From: Propionibacterium ruminifibrarum
Lineage (GTDB): Bacteria; Actinomycetota; Actinomycetes; Propionibacteriales; Propionibacteriaceae
Assembly: GCF_900289195.1 (NCBI RefSeq)
Contig: NZ_OMOH01000010.1
Coordinates: forward strand, 30,001 to 62,000
Direction of reading: 5' to 3'
DNA length: 32,000 nucleotides
The notes beneath the pieces were generated by a model. The model was not told the origin of the DNA. It did no database searches and saw only the letters and a program-made list of their open reading frames with translations. Numbering within the stretch: position 1 is the stretch's first letter; each line of letters starts with the position of its first letter. Below are positions 25,441 to 32,000 of the stretch, one piece after another. The position numbers and the translations under genes are program-made.

Positions 25441-26337
25441 CTACCCTTCCGTCGCCTCGTCCGTGCCGCGATTGCTCTTTCCTGCCCCGGGAACGTCCGA
25501 GCGGGGAGGACGCTGGCATCGGGGGCAGAGGTAACTCGAGCGGTTCATGAACCGCTCGCGGACGATGGGTGTGCCGCAGCGCGGGCAGGGCTCCCCGGCC
25601 CGCCCGTAGACGGCCAGGGCGCGGTCGAAGTAGCCGCTGTCGCCGTTGACCTGGACGTACAGCTCGTCGAAGCTCGTGCCGCCGCAGGCCAGGGCCTCGC
25701 ACATCACCTGCTGGGCGGCGCGCAGCACCGCGCGGGCCCGGCGGGTGCTGAGCGCCGGGGTGGGGAGGTCGTAGTGGGAGCGGGCGCGCCACAGGGCCTC
25801 GTCGGCGTAGATGTTCCCGATGCCCGAGACGAGGGTCTGATCGAGCAGGGCGCGTTTGAGGGTGGATCGCCTGGCCCGCATGGCCCGGGCGACACCGGGC
25901 ACGTCGAAGCGTTCGTCGAAGGGGTCGAGCGCGATGTGGGCGATCTCGTCGGGCAGCTCCGCGCCGCCGGGACTGAACGAGAGACCACCGAAGAGGCGCT
26001 GGTCGACGAACCGCACCTGGGTGCCGTCGTCGAGGTCGAGCAGGATGCGGGTGTGGCGCACCGGCGGATCGTCGGGCGAGCCGACACGGAACTGCCCGCT
26101 CATGCCCAGGTGCGCCACGATGGCGTCACCGCCGGTGGTGGGGAACCACAGGTACTTGCCGCGGCGCGCCGGACGGGTCAGGTCGAGGCCGGTCAGCCGC
26201 TGGGTGAAGTCGGCGGCGCCCGCCGCGTGCCGGCGCACTGCCCGCTCGTCGAGAACCCTGACACGGGTGATGCGCCGGCCGGTCAGGTAGGGTTCGAGCC
26301 CGGCCCTGACGACCTCCACCTCGGGCAGCTCGGGCAT
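25441..26337 (-). CDS. mutM: Formamidopyrimidine-DNA glycosylase (Fpg/MutM)
   Basis: N-terminal MPELPEVE, H2TH region and C-terminal zinc finger CPRCGTPI...CPRCQ. Its ATG shares 1 nt with the rnc stop. Confidence 0.95.
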   Translation of the reverse strand: MPELPEVEVVRAGLEPYLTGRRITRVRVLDERAVRRHAAGAADFTQRLTGLDLTRPARRGKYLWFPTTGGDAIVAHLGMSGQFRVGSPDDPPVRHTRILLDLDDGTQVRFVDQRLFGGLSFSPGGAELPDEIAHIALDPFDERFDVPGVARAMRARRSTLKRALLDQTLVSGIGNIYADEALWRARSHYDLPTPALSTRRARAVLRAAQQVMCEALACGGTSFDELYVQVNGDSGYFDRALAVYGRAGEPCPRCGTPIVRERFMNRSSYLCPRCQRPPRSDVPGAGKSNRGTDEATEG

Positions 26338-27083
26338 CAGCTCCGACTCGTCTCGGCCTGCTGGTCCAGGTCGTCCTGCTGGCGGTCGCGTTCCCGTTCG
26401 AGTGCCTTGAATGCGTACTCGGCGGCGCGTTGTTCGGCCTGTTTCTTGTTGTGGCCCTTGCCCGCGTTGAAACGGCGTCCGGCCGCGAGGGCCGTGGCGA
26501 CGAAGTGCTTGTTGTGGTCGGGCCCGAACTCCTCGATCTCGTACTCCGGGGGGTCCACGCCCAGCCAGGCGCAGATCTCCTGCAGGGAGGTCTTCCAGTC
26601 CAGACCGGCGCCGGTGCGAATGGCCTGGTCGACGAGCGGGTCGAAGATGTGGTGCACGAAGGTGGCCGCGCCGGCCGGGTCCGTGAGGTACATGGCGCCG
26701 ATGAGCGCCTCGGTCGTGTCGGCCAGGATGCTCGTCTTGTCACGTCCGCCGGTGGTCAGTTCACCGTGACCGAGCTTGACCAGCTGGCCGATGGACAGCG
26801 CCCGGGCCACCTTGGCGAGACTCACCGCGCTCACCACGGAGGCACGGACCTTCGCCAGGCGTCCCTCGGGGAAGTCCGGGAACCCCCGGTACAGGTAGTC
26901 GGTGACGTTGACACCGAGCACCGAGTCGCCGAGGAACTCGAGCCGCTCGTTGTGGGGGATCTGCCCGTTCTCGTACGCATAGGAACGATGCGTCAGGGCA
27001 AGCTCAAGGAGCTCGGCGTCCAGCGGGATGCCGAGCTCCTTGATCAGCGCGTTGAATTGGTTCGCAGGTTTACTCGAACTCAC
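26337..27083 (-). CDS. rnc: Ribonuclease III
   Basis: [10 protein letters not shown] and [12 protein letters not shown] signature, C-terminal dsRBD. GTG start overlaps the end of rpmF by 14 nt. Confidence 0.93.
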   Translation of the reverse strand: MSSSKPANQFNALIKELGIPLDAELLELALTHRSYAYENGQIPHNERLEFLGDSVLGVNVTDYLYRGFPDFPEGRLAKVRASVVSAVSLAKVARALSIGQLVKLGHGELTTGGRDKTSILADTTEALIGAMYLTDPAGAATFVHHIFDPLVDQAIRTGAGLDWKTSLQEICAWLGVDPPEYEIEEFGPDHNKHFVATALAAGRRFNAGKGHNKKQAEQRAAEYAFKALERERDRQQDDLDQQAETSRS

Positions 27084-27282
27084 GAGTGTTCAGGCTCCCC
27101 ACCACCGTGCGAGTGCTCTCGCCAGTGCCGTACTGGTGGCACTTCGGGCACGCGGTGTGGGGCAGGTGCTGGGTTCGGCACGCGGGGTTCGGGCAGGTCA
27201 CCAGCGTCACTGGCGCAGCCTTCCACTGCGAGCGGCGCGACCGCGTGTTGCTGCGGGACATCTTCCGCTTCGGGACAGCCAC
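27070..27282 (-). CDS. rpmF: 50S ribosomal protein L32 (Cys-containing zinc-ribbon form)
   Basis: [22 protein letters not shown]..., CPNPAC...CPKC. GTG start with SD GAGGAG upstream. 70 aa, somewhat long at the C-terminus. Confidence 0.9.
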   Translation of the reverse strand: MAVPKRKMSRSNTRSRRSQWKAAPVTLVTCPNPACRTQHLPHTACPKCHQYGTGESTRTVVGSLNTREFE

Positions 27283-27365
27283 GTTAGTTCTCCTCGATCA
27301 TGGTCTCTCGGCACGCCTTGCACGGGCACGCAACGTATAAGCATACCCCCTGACCCTGCCAGCGC

Positions 27366-27926
27366 CTAATCCTCGTTGTCAGGGCCGCCTGGGGTCATGT
27401 CGCCGCCGAGACCGGCGAGTTTGCTCCACCGCGGGTCGATGGCGGCCTCGTGCCGGTGGTCGGGGTTCTCGTTGAGGTTGGCGCCGCAGGTGGGGCACAG
27501 GCCCCGGCAGTCGGGGCGGCACAGCGGGCTGAACGGCAGTTCGAGGACGATGGCCGCGCGGAGGGCGGGATCGAGGTCGAGCAGGTCGTCCTCGAGGAAG
27601 AGCTCGTCCTCGGCGGCCTGCCGGCCGGGGTAGTTGTACAGCTCGGTGACCCGGTACGTGCCCCGGTCGCTGAGGGGGGTGAGGCAGCGCGCGCACTCCC
27701 CCGCCAGCGGCACCTCGACCGTCCCGGTCACCAGCACGCCCTCCACGACGGACTCGAGGGTGAGATCGAGCTGCATCGGGGCGCCCTCGGGCACGCCGAT
27801 GAGTTCGATGCCCAGGTCGGCCGGGGCCTCGATGGTGTCGCGGAGCCGCCTCAGCGCACCTGCCTGGCGGGCCAGCTCGTGCGTGTCGACGACGAGCGGG
27901 TCACGGGCGTCCAAGTGGGTACTCAC
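27366..27926 (-). CDS. yceD: YceD/DUF177 family protein (large-subunit rRNA accumulation protein)
   Basis: 186 aa. Conserved position directly upstream of rpmF and a Cys cluster CRPDCRGLCPTCG typical of DUF177. GTG start. Confidence 0.85.
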   Translation of the reverse strand: MSTHLDARDPLVVDTHELARQAGALRRLRDTIEAPADLGIELIGVPEGAPMQLDLTLESVVEGVLVTGTVEVPLAGECARCLTPLSDRGTYRVTELYNYPGRQAAEDELFLEDDLLDLDPALRAAIVLELPFSPLCRPDCRGLCPTCGANLNENPDHRHEAAIDPRWSKLAGLGGDMTPGGPDNED

Positions 27927-27932
27927 GCCACC

Positions 27933-27960
27933 AGCCTATGGCCCCGCCCAACCCCCTCAA
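27933..27960 (-). promoter_or_regulatory. Candidate promoter giving a leaderless or near-leaderless yceD-rpmF transcript
   Basis: On the minus strand: -35 TTGAGG (27955-27960), 16-nt spacer, -10 TAGGCT (27933-27938), then only 6 nt before the GTG at 27926. Confidence 0.3.
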
Positions 27961-28013
27961 CGCGGATCGGGTGCAGCACCCGGCGGGGTCGGCGCGGGTG
28001 CCACCAGCCGGGC

Positions 28014-28508
28014 CTATGGCCTGTTCTTCCGCTTGACCGCCTCGTGAACCGCCGGCGTCACGAACCGGCTGATGTCCCCGTTGTTGGCGGCCACCTCGCG
28101 CAGCAGCGTGCTGGAGATGGTGCCGTAGTCGTGACCGGCCGGCAGGAGAACGGTCTCGACGCCCGAGAGCATGCGGTTGAGCTGGCTCATCTGCAGTTCG
28201 TAGTCGAAGTCGGACCCGAAGCGCACGCCCTTGACGATGATGGCGGCACCGTGCTCGCGGCAGAAGTCGACGAGCAGCGCATCGATGGGCTCGACGCTCA
28301 CGCCGTCCAGCCCCGAGACGGCGTCACGCACGAGCGCCAGACGCTCGTCGAGGTCGAAGAGGTAGTTCTTGGTGGTGTTGCGGCCCACGGCGACGATGAC
28401 CTCGCTGAAGACGTCATGGGCCCGGGTGATGATGTCGAGGTGGCCGAGGGTGATCGGGTCGAAGGATCCGGGGACGACGGCACGGACCGGGTCGGGCATC
28501 GGGTTCAC
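28014..28508 (-). CDS. coaD: Pantetheine-phosphate adenylyltransferase
   Basis: VVPGSFDPITLGHLDII (T/HxGH motif) and ISSTLLRE. GTG 28508 overlaps the rsmD stop (GTGA). ATG 28499 is the alternative. Confidence 0.93.
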   Translation of the reverse strand: MNPMPDPVRAVVPGSFDPITLGHLDIITRAHDVFSEVIVAVGRNTTKNYLFDLDERLALVRDAVSGLDGVSVEPIDALLVDFCREHGAAIIVKGVRFGSDFDYELQMSQLNRMLSGVETVLLPAGHDYGTISSTLLREVAANNGDISRFVTPAVHEAVKRKNRP

Positions 28509-29092
28509 CTTCCTGCTGGCCGGCAGAAGTACAGGGCTGTCTCACCGTAGTCCCGGCGGCCGCTCAACTCGAATCCGCCGGGCCAGGTCGGCTCAGGATC
28601 GCGCCGGGACCGCTCGACGACGAGCAGGCCGTCGGGGGCGAGGAAGCCCCCGTCGACGGCGGCCCGGAGCAGGCCGGTCAGTTCGTCGTTGGGCATGCCA
28701 TAGGGCGGGTCGGCGACGATGACGTCGAAGACGACCGGCGGCGGGCCGGCCAGGAAGGCTGCCGCGTCGCGCACGTGCAGGTGCGCGCCCAGGCCCGTCG
28801 AGGCGATGTTGCGTCGGATGACCTGGGCCGCCCTGCGGTCCCGCTCGACCAGGTGGACGGGGGCGGCGCCCCGGCTGGCGGCCTCCAGGCCGATGGCGCC
28901 GGAGCCGGCGAAGACGTCGAGGACGGCCAGGCCCGCGCACTGCGTCTCGACGGGTTCACCCGCCGTGCCGCTCCAAGTGGCGAGGGCGCTGAACAGGGCC
29001 TCACGGACCCGGTCGGTGGTGGGGCGAGTCGTCGTACCGGCAAGAGCGGCCAGCCTGGCGCCGCGTGCCCGGCCCGCGATGATTCTGCCCAC
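28505..29092 (-). CDS. rsmD: 16S rRNA (guanine966-N2)-methyltransferase RsmD
   Basis: RIIAGRARG..L....TRPTTDRVREALFS N-terminus, FAGSGAIGLEAASRGA SAM motif, DPPY catalytic motif. Confidence 0.9.
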   Translation of the reverse strand: MGRIIAGRARGARLAALAGTTTRPTTDRVREALFSALATWSGTAGEPVETQCAGLAVLDVFAGSGAIGLEAASRGAAPVHLVERDRRAAQVIRRNIASTGLGAHLHVRDAAAFLAGPPPVVFDVIVADPPYGMPNDELTGLLRAAVDGGFLAPDGLLVVERSRRDPEPTWPGGFELSGRRDYGETALYFCRPAGR

Positions 29093-29170
29093 AGCTCAAG
29101 ACTAGCGATCCGGCATTTTGGGGGTGGCTTTCCACAGGCCACCGGGCGGATTGTGAGGTTAGATAGGCCC

Positions 29171-29596
29171 ATGGCTGACACTGAAACCACGAGCCCGATT
29201 TCTGAGATCCCGGAGGAGAGCGCCTGGGGTTACCTCGCCAGCGTCGACGTGGGCCGCATCGCCGTGGCCTCCGAGGGCATTCCCGAGATCTACCCGGTGA
29301 ACTTCTGCCTGGATGGCGAGAGCGTCGTCTTCCGCAGCGCCCCGGGCAGCAAGCTCGAGAAGCTGGCCCTCAACTCGCACGTCGCGTTCGAGGCAGACGC
29401 CTGGACCGATGACGGCGGCTGGAGCGTGCTGCTGCGCGGCACGGCCATGCTGATCGAGGACGCCGACGAGCTGGCGCGCCTGGCGAAGGCCCCGCTGCGC
29501 CCGTGGGTGCCCACCCTGAAGAACAACTGGGTGCGCATCGTTCCCTCCCAGCTCACCGCCCGCCACTTCGAGTTCGGCCCTGAACCCACGCAGTGA
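29171..29596 (+). CDS. Pyridoxamine 5'-phosphate oxidase family (FMN-binding split-barrel) protein
   Basis: 141 aa. CWGYL-like SAWGYLASVDVGRIAV...PEIYPVNF...VVFRS pattern of the PPOX-related family. The ATG at 29171 is preceded by TAGATA 5 nt upstream. The track ORF starts spuriously at 28775 inside rsmD. Confidence 0.75.
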   Translation: MADTETTSPISEIPEESAWGYLASVDVGRIAVASEGIPEIYPVNFCLDGESVVFRSAPGSKLEKLALNSHVAFEADAWTDDGGWSVLLRGTAMLIEDADELARLAKAPLRPWVPTLKNNWVRIVPSQLTARHFEFGPEPTQ

Positions 29597-29615
29597 AACG
29601 GGCCCGGTAGCCGGC

Positions 29616-29660
29616 CCGCGCCCCACCGCCCCACTGCCAGATGCGGGCGGTGGGGCGCGG
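29616..29660. terminator. Bidirectional terminator-like hairpin between convergent PPOX-family gene and recG
   Basis: 16-bp perfect stem CCGCGCCCCACCGCCC / GGGCGGTGGGGCGCGG with a 13-nt loop. Confidence 0.6.
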
Positions 29661-29681
29661 CAGGCCGGATGAGGCGGCCGG

Positions 29682-31952
29682 TCAGTCGCGTTCGAGCCAC
29701 TCGGCCGCGCTGAGCCGCTGTCCCCGGCGCAGCATGTCGGCCGGCCCTGCGGGCAGGTTCTCAGCCGGTGTTCCGGCGAGTGTCTCGGCGATGACGCGGG
29801 CCCTGGTGATGACGTCGGCGTCATCAAGCACCCGGAGCAGCCGCAGGGAGCTGCGTGACCCCGACTGTTCCGCGCCGAGTACGTCGCCTTCCCGACGCTG
29901 TGCCAGGTCGAGTTCGGCCAGGACGAAGCCGTCCCGGGTCGCCGCGACGTCACGCAGGCGCTGGGCGGCAGGTGTCCGCGGATCGGTGGCGCTCAGCAGC
30001 AGGCAGATGCCCGGGTACCCGCCACGGCCGATGCGTCCGCGCAGCTGGTGCAGCTGACTGACCCCGAAACGGTCGGCGTCCAGGACGACCATGGCGCTGG
30101 CATTGGGCACGTCGACGCCCACCTCGATGATGGTGGTCGTCACGAGGACGTCGATCTCGCCTGCGATGAAGGACGCCATCGTCGCCGCCTTGGCCTCGTT
30201 GCCCTGCCGCCCGTGCAGGAGCCCCAGCCGCAGGCCCGCCAGTTCGTTGCCGGCGAGCCTGGCGTAGGTCTCCTCGGCGCCGGCGGTCTCCGGCGCGTCC
30301 TCAGCCCCGGCCGATGCTGGCCCGTCTGAGCCACCGATGCGCGGGCAGACGACGAAGCCCTGGCGGCCGGCCCGGACCTCCTCGCGCAGCCGCGCCCAGA
30401 CCCTGCCCGTCCAGGTCGGGTGCTCCGCGGTGAGGACCGCCGTGGTCTGCACGTCGGCGCGACCGCCGGGAAGGTCCTGGAGGGTGGAGACCTCGAGGTC
30501 GCCGAAGACGGTCATGGCGACCGACCTGGGGATCGGTGTCGCGGTGAGCACGAGTTCGTGGGGGCGCAGCCTGCTGCCGGCGGTCAGCCTGGCCCGCTGT
30601 TCGACGCCGAAGCGGTGCTGCTCGTCGATGACGACGAGACCGAGCCCCGCGAAGCGGACGTCGTCTCCGAGCAGGGCGTGCGTGCCGACGACGATGCCCG
30701 CCTCGCCCGAGGCGATCCGGTCGAGGATCTCCCGGCGCCTGGCGGTGGGCACCGAGCCGGTGAGCAGTTCGACGCGGGTGGCGTGCTCGGGGGCTGCGAG
30801 GGTGCCGCCGGCGGCGAGGTCGCCCATGAGGGAGTCGACGGTGGCCGCGTGCTGGGTGGCGAGCACCTCCGTGGGGGCCAGCAGGACGGCCTGGCGCCCG
30901 GCGTCGACGGCGGCGAGCATGGCGCGCAGGGCGACGACGGTCTTCCCGGAGCCGACCTCGCCCTGCAGCAGTCGCTGCATGGGCCGTTCGGAGGCCATGT
31001 CGGCTCCGATCTCGGCGCTGACCCGCTGCTGGGCGTCGGTGAGTTCGAAGGGGAGCCGGGCGTCGAAGGCCGCCAGGAGGCCGTCTGTCCGGGGGACGAC
31101 GGCGGCCGCCTCGTGCGTGGCGGCCTCACGGCGCCGGTAGGCCATGGTGAGCTGCAGGCCGAGTGCCTCGTCGAACTTGAGGCGGCGCATGCCGGACTCG
31201 ACGTCCTGCCTGCTGCGGGGCTGGTGGACCATGGTGAAGGCCTCGAGCAGGCCGGGCAGCTCCTCGCCGGAGCGGATCTGCTCGGGCAGCGGGTCGTCGA
31301 TGCCGGTGAGCATGTCGAGGCCCATGGCGACGCATTCGGCGATCTGCCAGGTCGGCAGGGCGGCCCGCGCCGGGTAGATGCCGATCACCTCGCCCCGGCT
31401 GACGACCTGGGCCATCTGGGTCTTCTTCTCGTCGGCGGCCCCGACGATGCGGCCGTCGCCGTCGAGCATGACGAAGTCGGGATGGCTCATCTGCAGCTCG
31501 CCCCGGAACTCGCCGATCTTGCCGACGAAGATGCCCCTGACCCCCATCGAGAGCTGGCGGCGCCAGTAGTCGACGAGGTGTTTCTTCCCGAAGAAGATGA
31601 GTTTGAGCTGCCCCCGCCCGTCCGTGAGCACCGCCTCGAGGCGCCAGCGCCGGGCGTCGCCCTTGAACGGCTGGGCGCCGACAAACTCGACCCCGGCCAG
31701 GACGGCGGCCCGCTCCCCCGGCAGGAGCGCGCTCAGGTCGCTGCGCTGGGTGCCGTAGAGGTAGTCGCGGGGCGTGTAGTGCATGAGGTCGTCGAGGGTG
31801 CGCACGCCGACCGCGGCGAGGGCCTTCGCCGTCCGCGCGCCGAACACCCCCGACAGCGGCTCGGACAGCCGCCGGTAGGCCCGGGTGCGGAACGGGCTCG
31901 CCACCTGGCCGGGACGTGCTCCCCGGCCTGCTGTTCTGGTCCCACTCACCAC
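29682..31952 (-). CDS. recG: ATP-dependent DNA helicase RecG
   Basis: Wedge domain, helicase motifs GEVGSGKTVVA (Walker A), VIDEQHRFG (DEQH), and C-terminal QLHQLRGRIGRG. Confidence 0.95.
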   Translation of the reverse strand: MVSGTRTAGRGARPGQVASPFRTRAYRRLSEPLSGVFGARTAKALAAVGVRTLDDLMHYTPRDYLYGTQRSDLSALLPGERAAVLAGVEFVGAQPFKGDARRWRLEAVLTDGRGQLKLIFFGKKHLVDYWRRQLSMGVRGIFVGKIGEFRGELQMSHPDFVMLDGDGRIVGAADEKKTQMAQVVSRGEVIGIYPARAALPTWQIAECVAMGLDMLTGIDDPLPEQIRSGEELPGLLEAFTMVHQPRSRQDVESGMRRLKFDEALGLQLTMAYRRREAATHEAAAVVPRTDGLLAAFDARLPFELTDAQQRVSAEIGADMASERPMQRLLQGEVGSGKTVVALRAMLAAVDAGRQAVLLAPTEVLATQHAATVDSLMGDLAAGGTLAAPEHATRVELLTGSVPTARRREILDRIASGEAGIVVGTHALLGDDVRFAGLGLVVIDEQHRFGVEQRARLTAGSRLRPHELVLTATPIPRSVAMTVFGDLEVSTLQDLPGGRADVQTTAVLTAEHPTWTGRVWARLREEVRAGRQGFVVCPRIGGSDGPASAGAEDAPETAGAEETYARLAGNELAGLRLGLLHGRQGNEAKAATMASFIAGEIDVLVTTTIIEVGVDVPNASAMVVLDADRFGVSQLHQLRGRIGRGGYPGICLLLSATDPRTPAAQRLRDVAATRDGFVLAELDLAQRREGDVLGAEQSGSRSSLRLLRVLDDADVITRARVIAETLAGTPAENLPAGPADMLRRGQRLSAAEWLERD

Positions 31953-32000
31953 GTGTCCGAGACTAGCGGGGCGGGCGGACAGTTCCCGGCGCCGACCTGG

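Overview
High-GC actinobacterial chromosome segment that is almost entirely conserved housekeeping genes. On the minus strand: trpB2-like/NifX-like pair, dprA-comM-yraN, DUF2469-rnhB-lepB-rplS, trmD-rimM-KH-rpsP, a P/Q-rich membrane protein, an amidohydrolase, ffh, ftsY, a small TM protein, smc, GtrA-like, mutM, rnc, rpmF, yceD, coaD, rsmD and recG. On the plus strand: tRNA-Leu(GAG), uppP, a 4-gene iron/heme-type ABC importer plus enterochelin-esterase-like cassette, and a PPOX-family gene. I found no CRISPR array, transposase, integrase, toxin-antitoxin pair or recognisable defence genes, and no convincing novel multi-gene system. The least explained stretch is the 1.2-kb gene-less gap between tRNA-Leu and uppP. 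It holds a roughly 243-bp AT-rich island (46% G+C by hand count) bracketed by a perfect 10-bp direct repeat, a perfect TGTGA-N6-TCACA palindrome, repeated short motifs and a high-GC3 orphan ORF. Secondary leads are the tightly coupled TrpB2/NifX-like pair, a C5G9 homopolymer in its upstream region, the P/Q-rich membrane protein, and the iron cassette that interrupts the conserved minus-strand block. The very long antisense ORFs are high-GC artefacts. Many track ORFs carry spurious N-terminal extensions, which I trimmed using homology-like N-termini, SD sequences and start/stop overlaps. All calls rest on reading the sequence and on remembered family motifs; no database search was run.
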